From contig DAOTIQ010000001.1 in the NCBI GenBank assembly GCA_035448245.1, positions 40,568 through 104,567 of the forward strand: a stretch of DNA of 64,000 bases. The letters run 5' to 3'. A program made the translations under genes and the position numbers. Numbering within the stretch: position 1 is the stretch's first letter; every line of letters begins with the position of its first letter. Shown here piece after piece: positions 19,525 through 27,965 of the stretch. Source of the DNA: Thermovirgaceae bacterium (GTDB lineage Bacteria > Synergistota > Synergistia > Synergistales > Thermovirgaceae). The notes beneath the pieces were generated by a model that searched no databases, had not been told where the DNA came from, and saw only the letters and a list, made by a program, of their open reading frames with translations.

Positions 19525-19548
19525 ACGTGATAACAAGGGGGAGCTCAT

Positions 19549-20442
19549 ATGAGCTTGGCAATGTTTGTCCAGCATCTTTTCAATGCCCTCACCCTCGGAA
19601 GCCTTTATGCATTGATCGCCATCGGTTATACGATGGTTTACGGGATTTTGAGGCTGATCAATTTCGCTCACGGTGAGATCTTCATGCTGGGGGCGTATTT
19701 TGTGTTCTGGGGTGTTACGCTGTTTCACCTTCCCTGGATAGTTTCGGTCATAGGAGCCATAGCGGTTACTTCTTTCGCCGGGATACTTGTCGACAGGGTG
19801 GCCTATAAACCTCTCAGGGAGGCACCAAGGATCTCTGCGCTCATAAGCTCGATCGGCGTATCGTTTTTTCTTCAGAACTTTGCCATAGTCGTCTTCTCGG
19901 CAATTCCCCGTCAGGTCCAGAGACCGGACTGGCTGGTAAAGGTAATAATCGTTGGCAAGATAAGAATCCTTCCACTGACGCTCGTCGTTCCTGTCCTTTC
20001 GTTCGTCCTCATGCTCGGGCTGCTTTACATTGTATATAAAACAAAGCCCGGCCTTGGAATGAGGGCTATTTCCAAGGACATCGAGACAAGCCGGCTCATG
20101 GGAGTTCCTGTAAACAGGATCATAGCCATAACATTTGGTATAGGTTCCGCGCTGGCGGCGGCCTCGGGGATCATGTGGGCCCTGAGATACCCGCAGCTTC
20201 AGCCGGTAATGGGTGTCATCCCGGGTTTCAAGGCTTTCATCGCCGCGGTGTTTGGCGGGATCGGCTCTATTCAGGGCGCGATGATAGGAGGCCTGATACT
20301 TGGTTTCATCGAGATAATGGTTGTTGCCTTCCTCCCGGCTCTCGCCGGTTTCCGGGACGCCTTTGCTTTCATTTTGCTGATCATAATTCTTCTCATAATG
20401 CCTACGGGGCTTATGGGTGAGAAGCTGGAGGACAAGGTGTAA
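19549..20442 (+). CDS. livH: branched-chain amino acid ABC transporter permease
   Basis: Multi-TM protein; the N-terminal L.NAL.LGS.YALIA.GYTMVYG..RLINFAHG is a LivH hallmark. Confidence 0.9.
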   Translation: MSLAMFVQHLFNALTLGSLYALIAIGYTMVYGILRLINFAHGEIFMLGAYFVFWGVTLFHLPWIVSVIGAIAVTSFAGILVDRVAYKPLREAPRISALISSIGVSFFLQNFAIVVFSAIPRQVQRPDWLVKVIIVGKIRILPLTLVVPVLSFVLMLGLLYIVYKTKPGLGMRAISKDIETSRLMGVPVNRIIAITFGIGSALAAASGIMWALRYPQLQPVMGVIPGFKAFIAAVFGGIGSIQGAMIGGLILGFIEIMVVAFLPALAGFRDAFAFILLIIILLIMPTGLMGEKLEDKV

Positions 20443-21488
20443 TGGACGCCAGAATGAAGAGAAACTATACCCTTAACGGCGTTGCGGTGATGCTGCTGGG
20501 CATCTTCCTCTTTTGGGCAAGCGGCAGTCTCGACGGTTACAAGATACAGATCCTCAACCTCATTGCCGTCAACATTATCCTTGCCCTGAGTCTTAACCTT
20601 ATCTATGGATTCACCGGTCTGTTTTCGCTGGGCCACGCAGGTTTCATGGCTATAGGTGCCTATACGTGCTCACTACTTATCCTTCCCGCGGCCCACAAAC
20701 AGGCTATGTTCCTGCTTCAGTCACCGATGTGGCCATTCTCGGTAATGCATGCTCCCTTTATTGTTGCGATAGTCATCGCCGGACTGGTCGCGGCATTTTT
20801 TGGTGTCCTGATAGGTCTTCCGGTTCTGAGGCTGGGCGGGGACTATCTGGGGATAGCCACACTTGGTTTTGCCGAGATAATTCGTGTTCTTGCCAATAAC
20901 ATGCCCAGGGTTACCAACGGGGCACTGGGGCTCAAGGGAATCCCGTCCTATTCCAATCTCTGGTGGAACTACGGATGGTGCCTCATTACCCTTTTCGTGA
21001 TCATGAGGCTGGTGAGGAGCAACTTCGGGAATACATTGAAGGCAATAAGGGATGACGAGGTGGCCGCAAGGGCCATGGGTATAGACACATTCAGATACCG
21101 CCTTACATCCTTCACTATCGGGGCGTTCTTTGCCGGGGTCGGGGGGGCTCTTCTCGCGAGCCTTCTAACGACTATCGATCCCAAGATGTTCCTCTTCATA
21201 CTTACTTTCAATGTTCTGATGATTGTTGTTGCCGGAGGACTTGGATCGTTAACGGGAACAGTGCTGGCAGGCGTCGTCATTACGGTGCTTCTTGAATGGC
21301 TTCGGATCGTCGAGAACCCCTTTTCTGTTGGCTCAATAACGGTTCCAGCAATTCCGGGGATGCGAATGGTGGTCTTTTCGCTGGCTTTGCTCTTCATAAT
21401 CCTGTTCAGACAACAGGGCATCATGGGCAAGCGCGAGTTCAGCTGGGACTGGTTCTTTGGTCTTTTCGGCAAGAGGGGTGACGCCTGA
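20442..21488 (+). CDS. livM: branched-chain amino acid ABC transporter permease
   Basis: Multi-TM protein with GFTGLFSLGHAGFMAIGAY and IRDDEVAA motifs of LivM. Confidence 0.9.
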   Translation: MDARMKRNYTLNGVAVMLLGIFLFWASGSLDGYKIQILNLIAVNIILALSLNLIYGFTGLFSLGHAGFMAIGAYTCSLLILPAAHKQAMFLLQSPMWPFSVMHAPFIVAIVIAGLVAAFFGVLIGLPVLRLGGDYLGIATLGFAEIIRVLANNMPRVTNGALGLKGIPSYSNLWWNYGWCLITLFVIMRLVRSNFGNTLKAIRDDEVAARAMGIDTFRYRLTSFTIGAFFAGVGGALLASLLTTIDPKMFLFILTFNVLMIVVAGGLGSLTGTVLAGVVITVLLEWLRIVENPFSVGSITVPAIPGMRMVVFSLALLFIILFRQQGIMGKREFSWDWFFGLFGKRGDA

Positions 21489-22276
21489 TGAGTGAGCGCA
21501 GGATCGTTCTTGAAACAAAAAACCTCACCATGCGTTTCGGTGGCCTTACAGCGGTCAGGGAGTTTGACATACAGGTACAGAAAGGCAGGATAGTGGGGCT
21601 TATAGGTCCCAATGGAGCGGGTAAGACGACCTGCTTCAACATGATCACCGGTTTCTACAAGCCAACCGAGGGGCAGATATTCTTCGAAGGCACAGAGATT
21701 ACAGGCTGGCCGCCGCACAAGGTCTGCGGCGGAGGCATAGCGCGCACCTTCCAGAATATAAGGCTCTTTCATACTGCCTCGGTCCTCCAGAACGTCATGG
21801 TTGGCGCGAGGGTAAGGCAGAGGTCGACATGGTGGCATGCTCTCCTGAATCTCCCTTTGTACTGGAAAGAAGAAAGAGAAGTCAGGGATAAGGCCATGTT
21901 CCTTCTCGAGGCGGTTGGTCTTCAAAAACTGGCAGATGAACAGTCCGGCGCCCTTCCTTATGGAGCGCAGAGGAGGCTGGAGATAGCCAGAGCCCTGGCG
22001 ACCGATCCTTCCTTCCTGCTCCTTGATGAACCAGCCGCAGGCATGAACCCTCACGAGACGCAGGAGCTGATGGGATTCATCCGTGACATCCGCAAAAGGT
22101 TCGACCTCACGATACTGCTCATAGAACATGACATGAAGGTTGTGATGGGGATCTGCGAGCATATGTGGGTGCTTGACTACGGCGTCACCATTGCGGAGGG
22201 CCAGCCCGCGGAGATACAGTCCAACACCAGGGTCATCGAGGCCTACCTTGGAGAGGAGTTCGTCCGCGATGCTTAG
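21488..22276 (+). CDS. livG: branched-chain amino acid ABC transporter ATP-binding protein
   Basis: Walker A GPNGAGKTT, signature LPYGAQRRLEIARAL, Walker B LLLDEPAAGM, and the C-terminal BCA_ABC_TP_C-like tail. Confidence 0.92.
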   Translation: MSERRIVLETKNLTMRFGGLTAVREFDIQVQKGRIVGLIGPNGAGKTTCFNMITGFYKPTEGQIFFEGTEITGWPPHKVCGGGIARTFQNIRLFHTASVLQNVMVGARVRQRSTWWHALLNLPLYWKEEREVRDKAMFLLEAVGLQKLADEQSGALPYGAQRRLEIARALATDPSFLLLDEPAAGMNPHETQELMGFIRDIRKRFDLTILLIEHDMKVVMGICEHMWVLDYGVTIAEGQPAEIQSNTRVIEAYLGEEFVRDA

Positions 22277-22973
22277 GATCAGCGACCTTAACGTTCATTA
22301 CGGCGGCATTCATGCCGTCAAGGGAATATCACTGGAGGTTCCCAGGGGGAAGATCGTGACCCTTATTGGGGCAAACGGGGCCGGCAAAAGTTCTACGCTG
22401 AGGGCCATAGCGGGATTGATCAAAAAGAGCCGGGGTTCTGTCCTTTTCGGAGACATTGAGATCGGTGGATGGGTACCGGAGGAAATAGTCAAGGCCGGTA
22501 TAACGATGGCGCCTGAAGGGCGCAGGATCCTTCCAAATCTTACTGTTTACGAGAATCTGCAGCTCGGGGCTTTCAGCCGTTCGGACACAAAGGGGATATC
22601 CAGGGATCTGGACTGGGTGTTCCAGCTTTTTCCAAGACTCAAAGAAAGAACCTGGCAAAAAGGCGGGACCCTTTCGGGTGGCGAACAGCAGATGCTGGCA
22701 GTGGGGAGGGCCCTTATGGGTGCACCGCAGATGCTCATGCTTGACGAGCCTTCACTGGGGCTGGCTCCCCTTCTTGTGAAGGAAGTCTTTTCAATAATCG
22801 AGACCATAAACTCGGAAGGGAAGACAGTCCTTCTGGTCGAACAAAATGCTTACGCTGCACTGAAGGTGGCCTCCAGAGCATATGTCCTGGAGGTCGGATC
22901 CATCGTCCTGTCCGGAACCGGAGATGAATTGCTGAACAATCCCAGTGTCAGGGATGCCTACCTTGGAGGATGA
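22269..22973 (+). CDS. livF: branched-chain amino acid ABC transporter ATP-binding protein
   Basis: MLRISDLNVHYGG..., Walker A GANGAGKSS, LSGGEQQMLA, MLDEPS. ATG22269 overlaps the livG stop; the upstream part of the ORF lies inside livG. Confidence 0.92.
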   Translation: MLRISDLNVHYGGIHAVKGISLEVPRGKIVTLIGANGAGKSSTLRAIAGLIKKSRGSVLFGDIEIGGWVPEEIVKAGITMAPEGRRILPNLTVYENLQLGAFSRSDTKGISRDLDWVFQLFPRLKERTWQKGGTLSGGEQQMLAVGRALMGAPQMLMLDEPSLGLAPLLVKEVFSIIETINSEGKTVLLVEQNAYAALKVASRAYVLEVGSIVLSGTGDELLNNPSVRDAYLGG

Positions 22974-22985
22974 AATTAACCTGAT

Positions 22986-23018
22986 TGCCCGGAGTTTCGG
23001 CTCCGGGCAGTTGTTTTA
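22986..23018 (+). terminator. intrinsic terminator of the liv operon
   Basis: 9-bp stem tgcccggag / ctccgggca with a 6-nt loop, then gTTgTTTT. Confidence 0.75.
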
Positions 23019-23063
23019 TGGTATCTTCAGGGTCGCGGCAGGAAGCCAGGGGGTGAACGGCGA

Positions 23064-23606
23064 TTGACTGTGTGGAACGTTCCGAACGTACTTAGTCTTT
23101 CCAGGGTTTTTCTGGCGCCTCTGGTCATGGTGTTTCTGACGTTGAGAGGGCAGTTCGGTAATATTTTCGGTTTGCCCTTCGGGGATATCCTTGCGGGGCT
23201 GGTTTTCACGATTGCGGCTCTTACGGATACCGTTGACGGATATATTGCCCGGAAACATGGCATGGTAACGAACCTGGGCAAACTTATCGATCCTCTTGCC
23301 GACAAGATCCTTGTTGTGGCGGCATTGATATCTCTTGTACAGTTGCAGCGCCTTCCCGCATGGATAGTCGTCGTTATCATTTCCAGAGAGTTCTTCGTTA
23401 CAGGTTTGAGGATGGTTGCCGTTTCGGAGGGAGTGGTTATCCCGGCATCCCGGGGAGGAAAAGCCAAGACTGTAACACAGATCATTGCCATCCTGATGGT
23501 TATTTTCAATGTCCCGGGAGGGTTGCTTGCGATGTGGGTCGCCATGATAGCGACTCTCTGGTCGGGAATGGACTACCTGCTGAAAGGCAGAAAAGTACTC
23601 TCCTGA
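23064..23606 (+). CDS. pgsA: CDP-diacylglycerol--glycerol-3-phosphate 3-phosphatidyltransferase
   Basis: CDP-alcohol phosphotransferase motif DGYIARKHGMVTNLGKLIDPLADK, about 180 aa, multi-TM. Confidence 0.9.
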   Translation: MTVWNVPNVLSLSRVFLAPLVMVFLTLRGQFGNIFGLPFGDILAGLVFTIAALTDTVDGYIARKHGMVTNLGKLIDPLADKILVVAALISLVQLQRLPAWIVVVIISREFFVTGLRMVAVSEGVVIPASRGGKAKTVTQIIAILMVIFNVPGGLLAMWVAMIATLWSGMDYLLKGRKVLS

Positions 23607-23648
23607 TTTTCCTGTTTTTCAAGGCCTCGGGTGTTCTCCCCGGGGCGG

Positions 23649-23657
23649 TGTTATAAT
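23649..23657 (+). promoter_or_regulatory. extended -10 promoter element (TGtTATAAT) upstream of the lyase gene
   Basis: Perfect TGnTATAAT about 80 nt upstream of ATG23737. No good -35 was seen. Confidence 0.5.
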
Positions 23658-23736
23658 TCCCCGAAAGAGCCAGAAGAGATGCTCCGTCGAGCAGCATTCA
23701 GCCGAGCTGAAGAACAGCCATAGGGAGGTTTTTTGT

Positions 23737-25131
23737 ATGGCAAGACCGATTCAGCCCGAACCCTTCAGGATCAAGATGGTGGAGCCCGTTACCGTACCGG
23801 ACTCGGGACAGCGAGAGGAAGCTCTGAAACGCGGACATTTCAACATGTTCGGATTGACATCCAGAGATATCTATATCGATCTCCTCACGGATTCCGGCAC
23901 CGGAGCAATGAGCAAGCAGCAATGGGCTGCCCTGATGAGGGGTGACGAGGCCTATGCGGGCGCCGACAGTTTCTTTGCCCTCAAGGATTCCGTCAGGGAA
24001 GTGCTTGGTTTCGATCATGTGATCCCCACTCACCAGGGGCGCGCGGCGGAGAATGTGGCATTTGGTACACTGGTCAAAAAAGGTGACATTATCCCCTTCA
24101 ATATGCCCTTCGATACCACAAGGGCCCACGTCTTCAACATGGGAGCCGAACCGGTAAACTGTGTGATCGACGAAGCCTTCGACCCCAGCTCCCTTCACCC
24201 CTTCAAGGGGGATGTGGACATTGCCAAACTCGAGGAAGTTATCAAAAAATACGGCAAGGACAGGATACCCCTAATCATGATTACGGTCACCAACAACTCC
24301 GGCGGTGGACAGCCCGTAAGCCTCTCCAGCCTCAGAGCTGTCTCGGAGGTCGCGAAACGGGAGGGAATCCCAGTATTCCTGGATGCCGCGCGCATGGCCG
24401 AGAATGCCTATTTCATCAAGGAACGAGAGAAGGGTTTCGCTGAGATGTCGGTTTCCCGGATCCTCCGGGAGATGATGGATACCGCTGATGCCATTACCGT
24501 GTCCTGCAAGAAGGATCCCCTGGTCAATATTGGCGGAATGATCTGCTGCAGGACGGAGGAGATGTACCAGAAACTCCTTCCCAGAGTGATCCTTTTCGAA
24601 GGTTTCGCGACCTACGGGGGGCTGGCCGGAAGGGATCTCGAAGCTCTTGCGGTTGGCCTCAGGGAGATGACCGATGAGCAGTATATGGCCCACAGGATAG
24701 CCCAGGTCAGATATCTCGGCGATATCCTGGACGACGGAGGAGTCCCGTTCGTAAAACCTGCCGGAGGACACGCCATATTCATCGACGCGGCGGCTTTCCT
24801 TCCCCATATTCCCCAGAAATGCTATCCCGCCGATGTTCTGGGTATTGAGATATACCGAGAGGCCGCAATAAGGGGGATCGGTCTGGGGGCCCTTGCTTTC
24901 GCGACTGAGGACGAGACCACCGGAGAGATAGTCTACCCCAGGCTGGAACTCTACAGACTGGCGATCAACAGGAGGACCTACACAAACAGCCACATGGAGT
25001 ATGTTGGAGAATCAATAGTAAACGTCTACAGGCGAAGGGATTCCATCCGTTACGGTCTTCGGGTTGCATACGCTCCTCCTGTGAAAGGGCTTCACCATTT
25101 CCTTGCTCATCTGGAACCTTTTTCGCTTTAA
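23737..25131 (+). CDS. tnaA: tryptophanase / tyrosine phenol-lyase family beta-eliminating lyase (PLP)
   Basis: Carries EPFRIKMVEP, DLLTDSGTGAMS and the PLP-lysine block SCKKDPLVNIGG, about 464 aa. Trp versus Tyr specificity cannot be decided by eye. Confidence 0.85.
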   Translation: MARPIQPEPFRIKMVEPVTVPDSGQREEALKRGHFNMFGLTSRDIYIDLLTDSGTGAMSKQQWAALMRGDEAYAGADSFFALKDSVREVLGFDHVIPTHQGRAAENVAFGTLVKKGDIIPFNMPFDTTRAHVFNMGAEPVNCVIDEAFDPSSLHPFKGDVDIAKLEEVIKKYGKDRIPLIMITVTNNSGGGQPVSLSSLRAVSEVAKREGIPVFLDAARMAENAYFIKEREKGFAEMSVSRILREMMDTADAITVSCKKDPLVNIGGMICCRTEEMYQKLLPRVILFEGFATYGGLAGRDLEALAVGLREMTDEQYMAHRIAQVRYLGDILDDGGVPFVKPAGGHAIFIDAAAFLPHIPQKCYPADVLGIEIYREAAIRGIGLGALAFATEDETTGEIVYPRLELYRLAINRRTYTNSHMEYVGESIVNVYRRRDSIRYGLRVAYAPPVKGLHHFLAHLEPFSL

Positions 25132-25143
25132 AATTTTTTCCCA

Positions 25144-25169
25144 GGGGGCGGCCTGGCCGCCCCCTTTTT
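25144..25169 (+). terminator. intrinsic terminator
   Basis: Stem gggggcggcc / ggccgccccc followed by T5. Confidence 0.85.
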
Positions 25170-25264
25170 GTTTCAGCATCCTTTTTTGACCTCCCCACTG
25201 GCGGGGAATATAATGTCAGTCTGGAAGGTTTCCCCGCTTTCCGAAGCCGATCGAGGTGAAATTA

Positions 25265-27931
25265 ATGCTTGAAGGATTGAAAAAGAAACTTGGCCTTGAC
25301 CACAACGAGAGGGCGCTGAAGCGTTACGCTTCAGTCGTGTCCCGCATCAATGGTCTTGAATCCTCAATGTCCGATCTTTCGGACGGAGAATTGTCCGCAC
25401 TGGGAAAAACTTTCCGGGAGAGGTGCGCCGCGGGAGAGTCTCTCGACGACATGTTGCCCGAGGTGTTTGCCGCCGTCAGGGAGGTTTCTCGAAGGACTCT
25501 GGGAATGAGACATTTCGACGTCCAACTTATGGGGGGAATGGCTCTCCATGAGGGGAAGATAGCGGAGATGAAGACAGGTGAGGGTAAAACCCTTGTGGCT
25601 TCTCTCGCTGTCGTGCTCAATGCCTTTACGGGCAGAGGCGTTCACCTGGTAACGGTGAACGATTACCTGGCCAAACGAGATGCCGAGTGGATGGGGCCTA
25701 TCTACAGGTTCCTTGGGCTTTCTGTGGGAGTCATATACTCTTTCATGGATCAGGCCGAGAGGATCAAGGCATACAGCGCGGATGTGACCTACGGCACTAA
25801 CAGCGAATTCGGTTTCGACTACCTGAGAGACAACATGGCGGTGCACTCGGCGCAACTGGTACAGCGAGAACATTCTTTCATTATTCTCGACGAGGTGGAC
25901 TCCATTCTTATAGATGAGGCGCGGACTCCCCTGATCATTTCAGGGCCATCGGAGGACAACGTAGAGGTTTACGTCAGGGCCGATGAAGTTGCCAGGCGTC
26001 TGCGCAAGGGTGAAGATTTTGAACTTGAAGAAAAGGAAAGGAACGTAGCCCTGACCGAGGCAGGTATATCCAGGTGCGAGAAGATCCTCGAGATACCGGA
26101 ACTTTTTACCGATTACAACAGGTCGGAACTAGGACACAGAATAATCCAGTCCCTGAAGGCACATCATCTTTTCCAGAAGGATATCCACTATGTCAACAAG
26201 GACGGGGAGATAGTGATCGTCGACGAGTTTACAGGCCGTCTCATGTTCGGGAGACGTTACTCCGACGGATTGCACCAGGCGATAGAGGCCAAGGAAAAGG
26301 TGCAGGTCGGACGAGAGAACCAGACCCTGGCCACAATAACCCTTCAGAACTATGTCAGGATGTACCGGAAGGTCGCGGGCATGACCGGGACTGCCGCCAC
26401 AGAATGGGAGGAATTCAAGGATATCTACGGTCTTGAGGTATTGGTAATACCTACCCACAAGCCCATGATACGTGAGGACCGGCCCGATGTTATCTTCAGG
26501 ACCCAGAACGAGAAATTTGCTGCCGCAGCGGACGAGATAGAGGAGACCTTCGGGACGGGACAGCCTGTGCTTGTCGGGACCACATCGATTGAAAGTTCCG
26601 AGAGGCTGGGCAAGATGCTCAAGGCCAGGAAGATAGACCACAGGATCCTCAACGCAAAATACCACGAGATGGAAGCCCAGATAGTCGCCCAGGCAGGCCG
26701 CCTGGGGGCTGTGACGGTGGCTACCAACATGGCCGGGCGAGGAACCGATATCGTTCTTGGCGGCAACCCTCTTTTTCTGGCAAGGGAAGAGGCGGCAAGG
26801 CAGGGTTTCGATGAAAACTCCCAGCCCGAAAAATTTTCCCGTGTTCTGGAGGAAAAACAGAAAGAGTGCGAAAAAGAGCACGCCAGGGTCGTAGAGCTCG
26901 GGGGACTCAAGATAATCGGGACCGAAAGGCATGAATCACGAAGGATAGACAACCAGCTGCGGGGCAGAAGCGGACGCCAGGGTGATCCGGGATGCAGCAC
27001 CTTCTATCTCTCCCTTGAGGATGATCTTCTCCGTCTTTTCGGGTCTGACAAGATCAGCGGTTTTATGGAAAAACTGGGTCTGGAGGAAGGAGAGTATATA
27101 GAACACGGCCTCCTGACCAGAGCCATCGAATCTGCCCAGAAGAGAGTTGAGGAGTTCCATTTTGACATGAGAAGGCAGCTGCTCATGTACGACAACGTCA
27201 TGAACCAGCAGAGAGAGGCGATCTACACCGAAAGAAGGCGGATCCTCTCCGAGCCGGATCTGACTTCACATGGCAGACAACTTATAGAGGATGCCCTCGA
27301 CAGCATACTCGAGAGTTTTTTTCCGGAAGAAGGGGAGCCTCAGCCCCAGGCAGTGGCCCTTCAGCTGAAGGGTGTTTTCTGGCCGGGGATCGAGAGGCAT
27401 ATTTCCGGTGTTGAAGAACCCGAAGACCTGGAGTCGGCCCGGGAAAATATCATGGGGGATCTCCATGAAAGGTTCGAAGAAAAATTCAGGGACCTGGGTG
27501 ATGAAAACTCTACGGGAATGATCCGTTTCCTCCTCCTCAGCGTTCTCGATTCCGCCTGGAAAGAACATCTCCTGTCGATGGATGAGCTGCGAAGGGGGAT
27601 AGGGCTCAGGGCGATAGGGCAAAAGGATCCGCTTCTTGAATACCAGTTTGAGTCATATAATCTCTTCCAGAGTATGATGGAGAGGGTCCGTATCTCCTTC
27701 GCCGACTATTTCTTCAAGGTCACCGTGATGACGGGAGAAACTTCCGGAAAGACTCCGGCAAGCCGGGGCAGGGAGTCGCGGGAAAATTTGCTCTCCCTCC
27801 CGGGAAGCGCGGTGCCGAATACCCAGACCGGAAAGCCTCCCGCAAGGAGCGTTAAGAAAACAGGCAGGAACGAGCCTTGTCCCTGCGGGAGCGGCAAAAA
27901 ATACAAGCATTGCTGCGGCAGAAACATTTGA
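25265..27931 (+). CDS. secA: preprotein translocase ATPase SecA
   Basis: Carries MKTGEGKTLVA, the DEAD-like LDEVDSILIDEARTPLIISG, and the C-terminal zinc finger CPCGSGKKYKHCCG. ATG25265 lies 6 nt after GGTGA; GTG25256 is the alternative. Confidence 0.97.
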   Translation: MLEGLKKKLGLDHNERALKRYASVVSRINGLESSMSDLSDGELSALGKTFRERCAAGESLDDMLPEVFAAVREVSRRTLGMRHFDVQLMGGMALHEGKIAEMKTGEGKTLVASLAVVLNAFTGRGVHLVTVNDYLAKRDAEWMGPIYRFLGLSVGVIYSFMDQAERIKAYSADVTYGTNSEFGFDYLRDNMAVHSAQLVQREHSFIILDEVDSILIDEARTPLIISGPSEDNVEVYVRADEVARRLRKGEDFELEEKERNVALTEAGISRCEKILEIPELFTDYNRSELGHRIIQSLKAHHLFQKDIHYVNKDGEIVIVDEFTGRLMFGRRYSDGLHQAIEAKEKVQVGRENQTLATITLQNYVRMYRKVAGMTGTAATEWEEFKDIYGLEVLVIPTHKPMIREDRPDVIFRTQNEKFAAAADEIEETFGTGQPVLVGTTSIESSERLGKMLKARKIDHRILNAKYHEMEAQIVAQAGRLGAVTVATNMAGRGTDIVLGGNPLFLAREEAARQGFDENSQPEKFSRVLEEKQKECEKEHARVVELGGLKIIGTERHESRRIDNQLRGRSGRQGDPGCSTFYLSLEDDLLRLFGSDKISGFMEKLGLEEGEYIEHGLLTRAIESAQKRVEEFHFDMRRQLLMYDNVMNQQREAIYTERRRILSEPDLTSHGRQLIEDALDSILESFFPEEGEPQPQAVALQLKGVFWPGIERHISGVEEPEDLESARENIMGDLHERFEEKFRDLGDENSTGMIRFLLLSVLDSAWKEHLLSMDELRRGIGLRAIGQKDPLLEYQFESYNLFQSMMERVRISFADYFFKVTVMTGETSGKTPASRGRESRENLLSLPGSAVPNTQTGKPPARSVKKTGRNEPCPCGSGKKYKHCCGRNI

Positions 27932-27965
27932 AAGAGATGATGGAGAGCAGCCTATTCCTGGAGAA

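Noticed and set aside
20969-22162. 397-aa minus-strand ORF
   Set aside because: - It is antisense to livM/livG, whose ABC motifs are unambiguous.
- It has no recognisable domain and shadow-ORF composition.
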